64,000 nucleotides of DNA from Squalus acanthias. Lineage: Eukaryota. The stretch is from assembly GCA_030390025.1 (NCBI GenBank), contig JASTWF010000035.1:3224001-3288000 (forward strand). Direction: 5' to 3'. Of the stretch, positions 37,079 through 50,861 are shown one piece after another (within the stretch, counting starts at the first letter, position 1; each line of letters opens with the position of its first letter). Both the position numbers and the translations under genes were made by a program. Under the pieces are notes generated by a model. The model had not been told where the DNA came from, did not search any database, and saw only the letters and a list, made by a program, of their open reading frames with translations.

Positions 37079-38386
37079 TGTTACAGCACATTAGAAGGCC
37101 ATTCGGCCCATGGATCCCGTGCCGGCTCTCTGCAAGAACACTTCAGCTAGTCCCACTCCCCCGCCCTTTCCCCGTAGTCCTGCAATTCTTTTTCCTTCAG
37201 GAACTTAACCAATTCCCTTTTGAAAGCCACGATTGAGTCTACCTCCGCCACCCTCAGGCAGTGCATTCCAAATCCTAACCACTCGCTGCGTAAAAAAGTT
37301 TTTCCCTCATCTTGCCTTTGGTTCTTTTGCCAATCACCTTAAATCTGTGTCCTCTGGTTCTCGACCCTTCTGCCAATGGGAACAGTTTTTCTCTATCTAA
37401 TCTGTCTGGACCCCTCATGATTTTGAATACTTCGATCAAATCTCCAACTTTCTCTGCTCCAAGGAGGACAACCCCAGATTCTCTTGTCTATCCACGTAAC
37501 TGAAGTCCCTCATCCCTGGAACCATTCTCATAAATCTTTTCTGCACCCTCTCTAAGTTTGGACAGAATTGGACACAATGCTCCAGTTGAGGCCGAACCAG
37601 TGTTTTATAAAGGTTCATCATAACTTCCTTGCTTTTGTACTCTCTGCATCTATTTATGAAGCTCAGGATCCCGTATGCTTTTTTCACCGCTTTCTCAACC
37701 TGCCCTGCCACCTTCAGCAATTTGTACACATATACCCCCAGGTCTCTCTGTTCATGCACCCCCTTTAGAATTGTACCCTTTAGTTTATATTGCCTCTCCT
37801 TGTTCTTCCTATCAAAATGTATCACTTTGCACTTTTCTGTGTTAGATTTCATCTGCCACGTGTCCGCCCATTCCACCAGCCTGTCTACGTCTTCTTGAAG
37901 TCTCCTCACTGTTCACTGTACTTCACGGGAACGGTAGTGTCACTGGGCTAGTAATCCAGAGGCCTGGCCTAATGATCCAGAGACATGAGTTGAAATCCCA
38001 CCACGGCAGCTGGGGAATTTAAATTCAGTTAATTAAATAAATCTGGAATAAAAAACTAGTATCAGTAATGGTAACCATGAAACTCTCCACTACCTCCTCC
38101 TTCACTATGACTTTGGCAGTATCCTCTTCCTTGGTGAAGACAGATGCAAAGTACTCATTTAGTACCTCAACTATATCCTCTGCCTCCGTGCATAGGTCTC
38201 CTTTTAGGTCTCCTTTTTGGTCCCTAATCAGCCCCACCCCTTCACTTACTACCCTTTTACTATTTATATGCCTAAAGAAGACTTTTGGATTCCCTTTTAT
38301 GTTAGCTGCCATTCTATTCTCATACCCTCTCTTTGCCCCTCATATTCTCTTTCGCTTCTCCTCTGACTTTTCCATATATATATATT
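37079..38386 (-). mobile_element. Older CR1 fragments (3' end plus linker region)
   Basis: ORFs 37436-37909 and 38025-38312 have CR1 ORF2 motifs (WADTWQM, LNEYFASVFTKE). The tail continues at 36075-36093. Confidence 0.85.
37926..38084 (+). mobile_element. Truncated copy of the tRNA-like head found at 38387
   Basis: Aligns with 38387-38520. It retains an anticodon-like arm CTGGG-CTAGTAA-TCCAG (37943-37959) and a B-box-like GAGTTGAAATCCC. Confidence 0.8.
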
Positions 38387-41300
38387 GGGGGAACGGTAGC
38401 GTAGTGGTAACGATCCAGAGACAAGAGTTCAAATCCCACCACGGCAGCTGGGGAATTTAAATTCAGTCAATTAAATAAATCTGGAATAATTACTAGTATC
38501 AGTAATGGTGACCATGAAACTATCGGATTGTCGTAAAAACCCATCTGGTTCACGAATGTCCTTTAGGGAAGGAAATCTGCCGTCCTTACCTGGTCTGGCC
38601 TATGTGACTCCAGACCCACAGCAATGTGGTTGACTCTTAACTGCCCTCTGAAATGGCCCAGCAAGTCACTCGGTTGTAACTAACCGCTACGAAACATAAT
38701 AAGAATGAAACCGGATGGACCACCCAGCACCGACCTCGGCACCGGCTACGGACATGGCAACGGCACACCCAGCCCAGTCAACCCTGCAAAGTCCTCCTCA
38801 TAACATCTGGGGACTTGTGTGTCAAAATTGGGAGAGCTGTCCCACCGACTAGTCAAGCAACAGCCTGACATAGTCATACTCACAGAATCATACCTTTCAG
38901 CCAATGTCCCAAACTCCTCCATCACCATCCCTGGGTATTTCCTGTCCCACCGGCAGGACAGACCCACCAGGGGTGGTGGCACAATGGTATATAGTCGGGA
39001 AGGAGTGGTCCTGGGAGTCCTCAACATTGACTCCGGACCCCATGAAGTCTCATGGCTTCAGGTCAAGCATGGGGAAGGAAACCTCCTGCTGATTACCACC
39101 TACTGCCCTCCCTCAGCTGATGAATCAGTACTTCGCCATGTTGAACACCACTTGGAAGAAGCACTGAGTAGCAACGGCACAGAATGTACTCTGGGTGTGG
39201 GACTTCAATGTCCAACACCAAGAGTGGCTCGGTAGCACCACTACTGACCGAGTCCTGAAGGACATAACTGCCAGTCTGGGCCTGCAACAGGTGGTGAAAG
39301 AACCAACATAAGGGAAAAACCTACTTGACCTCGTCCTCACCAATCTACCTGTCGTAGATGCATCTGTCCATGACCGCATTGGTAGCAGTGACCACCGCAC
39401 AGTCATTGTGGAGACGAAGTCCCATCTTCACACTGAGGACACCCTCCATCGTGTTGTGTGGCACTACCGCCGTGCTAAAAGGGATAGATTCAGAACAGAT
39501 CTAGCAGCTCAACTGGGCATCCATGAGGCACCGTGGGCCATCAGCAGCAGCAGAATTGTATTCCACAACAATCTGCAACCTCATGGCCCGGCATATTCCG
39601 CACTCTACCATTACCACAAAGCCAGGGGACCAACCCTGGTTCAATAAAGAGTGTAGAAGAGCATGGCAGGAGCAGCACCAGGCGTACCTAAAAATGAGGT
39701 GCCTACCTGCGAAGCTGCAACACAGGACTACATGCATGCTAAAAAGCGGAAGCAGCATGCAATAGACAGGACTAAGCGATCCCACAATCAACGGATCAGA
39801 TCAAAGCTCTGCAGTCCTGCCACATCCAGTCGTGAATGGTGGTGGATCATTAAACAACTAACGGGAGGAGGAGGCTCCATGAATATTCCCCATCCTCAAT
39901 GATGGTGGAGCCCAGCACGAGTGCAAAAGACAAGGCTGAAGCGTTTGCAACCATCTTCAGCCAGAAGTGCCGAGTGGATGAGCCATATCAGCCTACTCCC
40001 GAGGTCCCCACCATCACAGAAGCCAGTCTTCAGCCAATTCGATTCACTCCACGTGATATCAAGAAACAGCTCAGCGCACTGGATACAGCAAAGGCTATGG
40101 GCCCTGACAACATCCTGGCTATCGTGCTGAAGACTTGTGCTCCAGAACTAGCCGCACCTCTAGCCAAGCTGCTCCAGTACAGCTACAACACTGGCATCTA
40201 TCCGACAATGTGGAAAACTGCCCAGGTATGTCCAGTCCACAAAAAGCAGGACAAACCCAATCTGGCCAATTACTGCCCCATCAGTCTACTCTCAATCATC
40301 AGCAAAGTGATGGAAGGTGTCATCAACCGTGCTATCAAGCAGCACTTACTCAACAATAACCTGCTCACGGATGCCCAGTTTGGGTTCCGCCAAGACCACT
40401 CTGCTCCCGACCTCATTACAGCCTTGGTCCAAACATGGACAAAGGAGCTGAATTCCAGAGGTGAGGTGAGAGTGACTGCCCTTGACATCAAGGCAGCATT
40501 TGACCAAGTGTGGCATCAAGGAGCCCTAGTAAAAGTGAAGTCAATGGGAATCGGGGGGGGGGGGGGGATGCGGTGGGAACACTCCACTGGCTGGAGTCAT
40601 ACCTCGCACAAAGGAAGATTGTTGTGGTGGTTGAAGGTCAATCATCACAGCCCCAGGACATTGTTGCAGGAGTTCCTCAGGGCAGTATCCTAGGCCCAAC
40701 CATCTTCAGCTGCTTCATCAATGATCATCCCTCCAACATAAGGTCAGAAATTGGGATGTTCGCTGATGACTGCACAGTGTTCAGTGCCATTCACAACTCC
40801 TCAGATAATGAAGCAGTCCATGTCCGCATGCAACAAGACCTAGACGACGTTCAGGCTTGGGCTGATAAGTGGCAGGTAACATTCGTGCCACAGAAGTGCC
40901 AGACAATGACTATCTCCAACAAGCGAGAGTCTAAACACCTCCCCTTGACATTCAACAGCATTACCATTGTCGAATCCCCCACCATCAACATCCTGGGGGT
41001 CACCATTGACCAGAAACTTAACTGGACCAGCCACATAAATACCATGGCAACAAGAGCAGGTCAGAGGCTAGGTATTCTGCGGCGAGTGTCTCACCGCCTG
41101 ACTCACCAAAGCCTTTCCACCATCTACAAGGCACAAGTAAAGAGTGTGATGGAATACTCTCTGCTTACCTGGATGAGTGCAGCTCCAACATCACTAAAAG
41201 CTCGACACCATCCAGGACAAAGCAGCCCGTTTGATTGGCACACCATCCATCACCTTAAACATTCACTCCCTCCATCACCGGCGTACCATGGCTGCAGTGT

Positions 41301-41669
41301 GTACCATCTACAAGATGCACTGCAGCAACTCGCCAAGGCTTCTTCGGCAGCACCTTCCAAACCCGCAACCTCTTCCACCTAGAAGGACAAGGGCAGCAGG
41401 CGCATGGGAACACCACCACCTCCAAGTTCCCCTCCAAGTCACACACCATCCTGACTTGGAAGTATATCACCGATCCTTCATCGTCGCTGGGTCAAAATCC
41501 TGGAACTCCCTCCCTAACAGCACTGTGGGACTACCTTCACCACACGGACTGCAGCGGTTCAAGAAGGTGGCTCACCACTACCTTCTCAAGGGCAACTAGG
41601 GATGGGCAATAAATGCTGGCCTTGCCAGTGACGCCCAGATCCCATAAGCAAGTTTAAAAAAAAAAAAAA
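38387..41669 (+). mobile_element. Apparently complete ~3.3-kb non-LTR retrotransposon with a tRNA-like 5' head, a single frameshifted APE-RT ORF and a poly(A) tail; distinct from the CR1s here
   Basis: A box TAGCGTAGTGG (38397-38407), B box GAGTTCAAATCCC (38425-38437), APE (QPDIVILTES, SDH), RT (KAMGPD, QFGFR, LDIKAAFDQVWH, PQGSILGP, FADD), AATAAA near 41608 and an A-run at 41656-41669. Clade not determined. Confidence 0.85.
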
Positions 41670-43703
41670 TTTTTTCCAAGTTTGGTGTCACCTGCAAATT
41701 TTGAAATCGTGCCCTGTACTCCCAAGTCCAAGTCATTAATATATATCAAGAAACGCAGTGGTCCAAGTACTGACCCCTGGGGAACATCACTGTTTACCTT
41801 CCTCCAGTTTAAAAACAACCGTCACCACTACTCTCTGTCCCTTTTATTCCATGGGCTTCAACTTTGCTGGCAAGCCTATTATGTGGTACTTTATCAAACT
41901 CCTTTTGGAAGTCCGTGTAAACTACGTCAACCGTATTGCCCTCGTCAACCCTCCCATTACCTTACCAAAATACTCACAGAATCATAGCATGGAAGAAGAC
42001 CATTCGGCCTGTCGACCCCATGCCGGCTCTCTGCAAGAGCACTTCAGCTAGTCCCACTCCCCCACCCTTTCCCTGTAGCCCTGCAAATTTCTTTCCTTCA
42101 GACACTTATCCAACTCACTTTTGAAAGCGATGATTGAATCTCCCTCCACCACCCTTTCAGGCAGTGCATTCCAGATCCTAACCACTTGCTGTGTTTTAAA
42201 AAAAAAAAAAAAAGTTTTCTTCCGTCGCCTTTGGTTCTTTTGCCAATCACCTTCAATCTGTGTCCTCTGGTTCTCGACCCTTCTGCCAATGGGAACAGTT
42301 TCTCTCTATCTACTCTGTCCAGACCCCTCATGATTTTGAACACCTCTATCAAATCTCCTCTCAATCTTCTCTGTTCCAAGGAGGACAACACCAGCTTCTC
42401 CAGTCTTATCAACGTAACTGAAGTCCCTCATCCCTGGAATCATTCTTGTAAATCTTTTCTGCACCCTCTCCGAGGCCTTCACATCCTTCCTAACGTGTGG
42501 TGCCCAGAATTGGACACAGTACTCCAGTTGGGGCCGAACCAGTGATTTATACAGGTTCATCATAATTTCCACACTTCTGTACTCTATAACTCTATTCATT
42601 AAGCCTTTTCAACTGCTTTCTCAACCTGCCCTGCCAATTTGTGCACATATACCCCCAGGTCTCTCGGTTTGTGCACCCCCTTTAGGATTGTACCATTTAG
42701 TTTATCAAGAAAAGCAGTGGTCCGAGAACCAACCCCTGGGGAACACCACTGTATACCTTCCTCCAGTCCAAAAAACAACCGTTCACCTCTACTCTGTTTC
42801 CTATCACTTAGCCAATTCCGTATCCATGCTGCCACTGTCCCTTTTATTCCATGGGCTTCAGCTTTGCTGACAAGCCTATTATGTGGCACTTTGTCAAACG
42901 CCTTTTGGAAATCCATGTACAATACGACAACTACAGTACCCTCATCAACCCTCTCTGTTACCTCATCAAAAAATGCAATCAAGTTAGTTAAACACAATTT
43001 GCCTTTAAAAAATCTGTGCTGGCTTTCCTTAATTAATCCACACTTGCCCAAGTGACTGTTAACTTTGCCCCTGATTACGGTTGCTAAAAGCTTCCCCACT
43101 ACCGAGGTCAAACTAACTGGCCTGTAGTTGCTGGGTTTATCTTTACTCCATTTTTTGAACAATGGTTCGACATTTGCAATTCTCCAGTATACTGGCTCCA
43201 CCCCCGTATCGAAGGAGGATTGGAATATTATGGCCAGTACCTACGCGATTTCTTCCCTCAATTCTCTCAGCATCCTAGGATGCATCCCATCTGCTCCTGG
43301 TGATTTATACCTCCTCTTTATCAATTTTTATCCCATCCAGAATCTCCACTACCTCCTCCTTCACTGACTTTGGCAGCATCCTCTTCCTTCGTGAAGACAG
43401 ACGCAAAGTACTTGTTTCGTACCTCAGCCATATTCTCTGTCTCCATGCATAGGTCTCCTTTTTGGTCCCTAATCGGCCCCACCCCTTCTCTTACTACCCT
43501 TTTACTATTTATATGCCTATAGAAGACTTTTGGATTACCTTTTATGTTGGCTGCCATTCTATTCTCATACCCTCTCTTTGCCCCTATTTTATTCTCTTTC
43601 GCCTCTCCTCTGACCTTTCTATATGTAGCCTGATTATCAGATGTATTTGCAACCTGACATCTGTCATACGTGCTCTTTTTCTGCTTCATCATATTCTCTA
43701 TCC
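41670..43703 (-). mobile_element. Nested, deleted CR1 ORF2 fragments
   Basis: ORFs 42098-42412, 42306-42599, 42599-43201 and 43321-43692 have CR1 RT motifs. Confidence 0.88.
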
Positions 43704-46522
43704 AGAATCATAGAAAGTTACAGCATGGAAGGAGGCCATTTCGGCCCACCGTGTCCGCGCCGGCCAACAAAGAGCTATCCAGCCTAATCCCACTTCCCAG
43801 CTCTTGGTCCGTAGCCCTGGGGGTTACAGCATCCCAAGTGCACATCCAAGTACTTTTTAAATGTGGTTACGGTTCCTGCCTCTACCACCCTTTCAGGCAG
43901 TGAGTTCCAGACCCCCACAACCCTCTGGGTGAAGAAATTTCCCCTCAAATCCCCTCTAAACCTTCCCCCAATTACTTTAAATCTGTGCCCTCTGGTTTTG
44001 AAGCATACAAAATTATTACAGGGCTTGATAGGGTGGATGCTGGGAGAATGTTTCCCTTGCGTGGGGAGTCCAGAACCAGGGGCCACAGCCTCAGGATAAA
44101 TGGTAAGCCATTCAGGACTGAGATGAGAAGAAATTTCTTCACACAGAGGGTGGTGAATCTTTGGAATTCTCTACCCCAGAGGGCTATGGAGGCTCAGTCA
44201 TTGGGTATATTCATAACAGAAGTTGATAGATTTCTGACTAGTAAGGGCATCAAGGGATATGGTGATAAGGCCGGTGAATAGAGTTGAGGCAGAAGATCAG
44301 CCATGATCTCATTGAATGGCGGAGTAGGGCCGAATGGCCTACTCCTGCTCCTATTTCTTATCACAGAATCCCCACAGTGCAGATAGAGGCCATTTCGGCC
44401 CATCGAGCCTGCACCGACACATATCCCACCCTATCCCCGTAACCCCACGTATTTAATCCCCCTAACACTAAGGGTCAATTTATCATAGCCAAATCAACCT
44501 AACCCGCACATCTTTGGACTGTGGGAGGAAACCGGAGCACCCGGAGGAAACCCACGCAGACACGGGGAGAATGTGCAAACTCCACACAGACTGTCACCCG
44601 AGGCCGGATTCAAACCCAGGTCCCTGGCGCTGTGGGGCAACAGTGCTAACCACTATGCCCCATTATGTTCTTAACCCCTCTGCTAAGGGAAATAGGTCCT
44701 TTCTATCCACTTTATCTATGCCCCTCATAATTTTATACACCTCAATAAGGTCTCCCTTCAGCCTTCTCTGTTCCAAGGAAAACTGACCCAGCCTATCCAG
44801 TCTTTCCTCATAGCTAAGATTCTCTGCACCTGGCAACATCCTTGTAAATCTCCTCTGTACCCTCTCTAGTGCAATCACATCTTTCCTGTAATGTGACCAG
44901 AACTGCACGCAGTACTCTAGCTGAGGCCTAACTAGTGTTTTATACAGTTGAAGCATAACCCCCCTGCTCTTGTATTCTATGCCACGGCTAATAAAGGCAA
45001 GCATTCTGTATGCCTTCTTAACCACCTTCTCTACTTGGCCTGCTACCTTCAGGGATCTGTGGACATGCACTCCAAGGTGTCTCTGTTCCTCTACACTACT
45101 CAGTGTCCTACTGTTAAATGTGTATTCCCTTTCCTTGTTAGCCCTCCCCCAATGCATTACCTCACACTTCTCTGGATTGAATTCCATTTGCCACTGTTCT
45201 GCCCACCTGACCAATTTATTGATATCTTCCTGCAGTCTGCAGCTTCCTTCTTCAGTATCAACCACACAGCCAATTTTAGTATCATCTGCAAACTTCTTAA
45301 TCATACCCCCTATATTCAAGTCTAAATCATTTATTTATTTATTTATTTATATATATATATATATACAAAAAGCAAGGGACCTAGTACTGAGCCCTGTGGA
45401 ACCCCACTGGAAACAGCCTTCCAGTCACGAACACCCATCAACCATTACCCTCTGCTTCCTGCCTCCGAGCCAGTTTTGAATCCAACTTGACACTTGGCCC
45501 TGGATCCCATGGACTTTTAACTTCGTGACCAGTCTGCCATGTGGAACCTTATCAAAAGCCTTGCTAAAGTCCATATACACTACATCAAACGCACTACCCT
45601 CATCTACCCTCCTTGTTACCACCTCAAAAAATTCAATCAAGTTTGTCAGACACGACCTTCCCTTAAGATTTATCCTGTCCTTCAGAATTCTTTCCAATAA
45701 TTTTCCCCCCACCGAGGTTAGGCAAACTGGCCTGTAATTACTCGGTCTATCCTTTTCTCCCTTTTTAAACAAGGGTACCACATCTCTTTCATCATCCAGG
45801 GAGCCCTGACTTTAGTTACCCTGCCTCTCGCCCTCGTGGGAACGTACCTCAACTGTACCCGAACTATTTCCTCTTGAAAGGCAGCCCGTTGTTCCATTAT
45901 AATCTTTGTAATGGAATCCTGCCAATCTTTGATTCCAGTTTACCCGGGCCAGATCCATTCTCATTCCACTGAAATTGGCCTTCCCCCAGTTAAACATTTT
46001 TACTCTAGATTGCTCTGTCCTTTTCCATAGCTAATCTAAACCTTATGATATTATGATCATTGTTCCCTAAATGTTCACCTACGGACTCTTACTCCACTTG
46101 GCCTATCTCATTCCCTAGAACCAGATCCAGCAATGCCTCCTCCCTCGTCAGGCCAGAAACATACTGACACAGAAAGTTCTCCTGAATACACTTCAGAAAT
46201 TCTTCCCCCTCTCTGCCCTTTACACATTTCTATCCCAGACTATATTAGGAGAGTTGAAGTCCCCCATTATCACTACTCTATAGTTCTTGCACACCTCTGT
46301 AATTTCTCTGCAAATTTGCTCCTCTATATCCTTCCCATTAATTAGTGGCCTATAGAATACACCTAGTAGTGTAATGGCACCTCTATTATTTCTTAACTCT
46401 AGCCATATAGATTCTGTCCTTGACCCCTCCAGGACATCCTCCCCCTCCAGCACTGTAACAATCTCCTTAACCAGTACTTCCACACCACCTCCTATCTTTC
46501 CTTCCCTATCTTTCCTGAACAC
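43704..46522 (-). mobile_element. CR1 (3' tail to APE, with internal deletions), interrupted by a plus-strand CR1 3' end (43999-44360) and a SINE
   Basis: ORFs 44663-45319, 45425-45781 and 46220-46543; same family as 54408-56326. Confidence 0.88.
44361..44660 (-). mobile_element. HE1-type V-SINE with its short original tail
   Basis: The reverse complement matches 9430-9720 (A/B boxes, V-domain) and ends GGCCTCTATCTGCACTGTGGGGATTCTGTGA. Confidence 0.9.
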
Positions 46523-49215
46523 TAACAAGGCAAGGGAATACACAATGAATGGTAGGACCCTAGGAAGGACAGAGGATCAGAGGGACCTTGGTGTGCATGT
46601 ATGTAGATACCTGAAGGCAGCAGGACAGGTAGATAAGGTGGTTAAAAAGGCATATGGAATACATGCCTTCATTAAGGGCTTAATCAAGAGGGGCAAAATA
46701 GCTTACGAAAGCAAGCTGGCGGAAAATATAAAAACTAACTCCAAAAGCTTTTATAAGTATATCAAGAGGAAAAGACTGGTGAAAACCAAAGTTGGCCCAT
46801 TGCAGTCAGATACGGGGGAATATATAACGGGAAATAAGGAAATGGCAGACCAACTAAATGCATACTTTGGGTCAGTCTTTACGAAGGAAGACACAAAAAA
46901 CCTCCCTGGGATATCGGGAAAAATAGGGACATTTGCAAAGGAGGAACTGACGCAAGTCAATATCTCTAAGGATATGGTGTTAAGGAAGCTAAAGGGATTG
47001 AAGGTGGACAAATCCCCAGGGCCTGATAACATGCATCCTAGGGTGCTGAAGGAGGTGGCCCTAGAGATAGCGGATGCACTAAGTATGATTTTTCAGAATT
47101 CATTAGACTCGGGAACAGTGCCCATGGATTGGAGGGTAGCTAACGTTACCCCACTATTCAAAAAGGGGGGTAGGGAAAAAGCAGGTAATTACAGACCTGT
47201 AAGCCTTACATCAGTTGTGGGCAAAATGCTGGAGTCCATCATTAAGGATGAAATAGCGGAGCACTTAGCAAATGGGGACAGGATAGGACAGAGTCAACAT
47301 GGATTTACAAAGGGTAAATCGTGCTTGACTAATCTATTGGAATTTTTTGAGGGAGTAACTGGTAAAATAGATGGGGGAGAGCCAGTAGATGTGGTGTACC
47401 TGGACTTCCAAAAGGCCTTCGATAAGGTCCCACATAAAAGATTAGCAGGGAAAATTGAAGCTCATGGGATAAAGGGGAAAGTATTGACGTGGATAGAGAA
47501 CTGGCTGTCAGATAGAAAACAGAGAGTTGGAATAAACGGCTCATTTTCTGAATGGCAGGCAGTAACAAGTGGGGTACCACAGGGATCTGTCCTGGGTCCC
47601 CAGCTGTTCACAATTTACATTAATGACCTGGATCAGGGAGTCGGATGCAGCATTTCCAAATTTGCAGACGACACTAAACTAGGAGGGGGGGTGGGCTCAG
47701 AGGAGGAGACCAGGAAGCTCCAGAGCGATTTGGACAGACTGGGTGATTGGGCGGATAAATGGCAGATGCACTATAATGTGGACAAGTGCGAAGTTATCCA
47801 CCTTGGGTGCAGGAACGGGAGGGCAAATTATTATTTAAATGGCAATAAATTGGGAGAGGGGGAAGTACAGAGAGACCTGGGTGTTCTTGTACACCAGTCA
47901 CTGAAGGCGAGCATGCAGGTGCAACAGGCGGTCAAGAAGGCAAACGGTATGCTGGCCTTCATAGCAAAAGGGTTGGAATACAGGAACAGGGATACCTTGC
48001 TGCAGCTGTACAGGGCACTGGTGAGACCACACCTCGAGTACTGTGTACAGTTTTGGTCGCCTCATCTGAGGAAAGATGTTCTTGCCATGGAGGGGGTGCA
48101 GCGGCGATTCACCAGGCTGATACCAGGAATGGCGGGATTGACCTATGAGGAGAGACTATGTAGTTTAGGGATGTACACACTGGAGTTTAGAAGATTGAGA
48201 GGGGACCTCATAGAAGTGTATAAAATTCTGACAGGTCTAGACAGACTAGATGCAGAAGGAATGTTTCCCTTGGCGGGTGAGAACAGAACTAGAGGACATA
48301 ATTTAAGGATAAGGGCTAAACCATTTAGGACAGAAATGAGGGGGAATTTCTTCACTCAGAGGGTGGTGAACCTGTGGAACTCATTGCCACAGAGGGCAGT
48401 GTACGCCAGCTCATTAAATATATTTAAGAGGGAATTAGATATATTTCTACAGGCAAAAGGGGTTAAGGGTTACGGAGAGAAGGCGGGGACGGGATACTGA
48501 ATTGGAGGATCAGCCATGATCTCATTAAATGGCGGAGCAGGCTCGAAGGGCCGGATGGCCTACTCCTGCTCCTATCTTCTATGTATCTATGTATCTATGT
48601 ATTAGCCGAGGCGCAGAATATAAGAGCAGGGAGGTTATGATGGAGCTGTACAAAACGCTAGTTAGGCCACAGCTGGAATACTGTGTGCAGTTCTGGTCGC
48701 CACACTATAGGAGGGATGTGATTGCATTGGAGAGGGTGCAGAGGAGATTCACCAGGATGTTACCTGGGCTGGAGCGCTTCAGCTATGAAGAGACTGGACA
48801 GGCTGGGGTTGTTTTCCTTAGAGCAGAGAAGGCTGATGGGGGACCTGATTGAGGTGTACAAAATTATGAGGGGCATAGTTAGGGTAGATAGAAAGGAACT
48901 TTTCCCCTTAGTAGAGGGGTCAATAACCAGGGGGCATAGTTTCAAGGTAAGGGGCAGGAGGTTTAGAGGGGATTTGAGGAAAAACTTTTTCACCCAGAGG
49001 GTGGTTGGAATCTGGAACTCACTGCCTGAAAGGGTGGTAGAGGCAGGAACCCTCAACATTCAAGAAGCAATGAGGTGAGCACTTGAAACGCCATAGCATA
49101 CAAGGCTACGGACCAAGTGATGGAAAATGGGATTAGAATAGACAGGGCTTGATGGCCGGCGCGGACACGATGGGCCGAAGGGCCTCTTTCTGTGCTGTAT
49201 AAATCTATGACTCTA
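46523..49215 (+). mobile_element. CR1 3' fragment (same family as 34910-35658) hosting young copy B
   Basis: The host reads AF|ISRG across the insertion (GCCTTCATT...ATTAGCCGAGG); tail ACTCTA near 49210. Confidence 0.85.
46674..48600 (+). mobile_element. Young CR1 subfamily, copy B, with an uninterrupted RT-containing frame
   Basis: Open frame KGLIKRGK...GEKAGTGY to 48500, (CTATGTAT)3 tail, ATT(A) duplication. Confidence 0.96.
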
Positions 49216-50861
49216 CGACTTAATAACCAGGAATATTTAATACCCAATCCTGCCCTTTTTTGAGCCAGGTCTCAGTTAGTGCCACATCATATTCTCAATC
49301 AAGTTACTTAAACACAATTTACCTTTAACAATGTTGGCTTTCCTTAATTAATCCATACTTGTCCAAGTGTTTATTAATTTTGTCCCCTGATTATCATTTC
49401 TAACAGCTTCCCTACTACAGAGGTTAAACTGACTGGCCAGCTGTTGCTGGGTTTATCCTTGCACCCTTTTTTGAACAAGGGTATAACATTTGCAATTCTC
49501 CTGTCCTCTGGCACCACTCCTGTGTCAAAGGAGGATTGGATGATTATGGCCAGTACCTCCACGATTTCCTCCCTCAATTCCCTCAGCATCCTAGGATGCA
49601 TCCCATCCGCTCCTGGTGACTTATCTACTTTAAGTACATCTACTTTAAGTACAAAGGATGCAATAACTGGGCACTTAGAAACTAATACTAAGATTGGGCA
49701 GAGTCAACATGGATTTATGAAAGGGAAATCCTGTTTGACAAACCTATTCGGATTGGTGCTAGGACCCCAGCTATTCACAATATATAGTAATGATCTAGAC
49801 AAGGGAACTAGATGTAATATCTCCAAGTTTGCAGAGGACACAAAGCTGGGTGGGCGTGTGTGCTGTGAGGAGGATGCAGAGAAACTCCAGTATGATTTGG
49901 ACAGGTTGGGTGATTGGGCAGACGCATGGCAGATGCAGTATAATGTGGATAAATGTGAGGTTATCCACTTTGGTGGCAAAAACAGGAAGACAGATTATTA
50001 TCTGAACGGCAACAGATTGGGAAAAGGGGAAGTGCAATGAGACCTGGGTGTCCTTGTGCACCAGTCGCTGAAGGTAAGCATGCAGGTGCAGCAGGCGGTT
50101 AAGAAGTCAAATGGTATGTTGACGTTCATAGCGAGAGGATTCGAGTACAGGACCAAGGATGTCTTGCTGCAGTTGTACAAGGCCTTGGTGAGACCACACC
50201 TTGAGTATTGTGCGCAGTTTTGGTCGCCTTATCTGAGGATGTTATTGCCATGGAGGGAGTGCAGCGAAGATTCACCAGACTGATACCTGGGATGGCAGGA
50301 ATGACATATGAAGAGAGATTGGGTCGATTGGGCTTATATTCGCTAGAGTTTAGAAGAATTAGAGGGGATCTCATTGAAACTTTTAAAATTCTAACAGGAC
50401 TAGACAGACTAGATGCAGGAAGAATGTTCCCGATGGCAGGGGAGTCCAGAACCAGGGATCACAGTCTAAGGATAAGGGGTAAGCCATTTAGGACTGAGAT
50501 GAGGAGGAATTTCTTCACCCAGAGTGGTGAACCTGTGGAATTCTCTACCACACAAGGCAGTTGAGGCCAATTCATTAAATATATTCAAGAAGGAGATAGA
50601 TATATTTCTTAAGGCTAAAGGGATATGGGGAGAAAGCAGGGACAGGGTACTGAATTTGGATGATCAGCCATGATCTCATTAAATGGTGGAACAGGCTCGA
50701 GGGGCCGAATGGCCTACTCCTGCTCCTATCTTCTATGTTTCTATATTGGGGTTCTTTGAGGATGTAACTAGTGGAGTAGACAAAGGGGAACCGGTAGATG
50801 TGGTGTATTTGGATTTCCAGAAGGCCTTCGATAAGGTCCCACACAAGAGGTTGGTGAACAA
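49216..50861. mobile_element. Mosaic of CR1 fragments (minus 49216-49650, plus 49651-50745 with tail, plus 50746-50861)
   Basis: RT motifs in ORFs 49374-49601(-), 49444-50040, 50056-50564 and 50683-. Confidence 0.85.

Noticed and set aside
46374..48500. 708-aa ORF as an intact gene
   Set aside because: The first ~100 aa are a chance read-through of antisense APE and another CR1 piece. The rest is a 5'-truncated ORF2 without an endonuclease.
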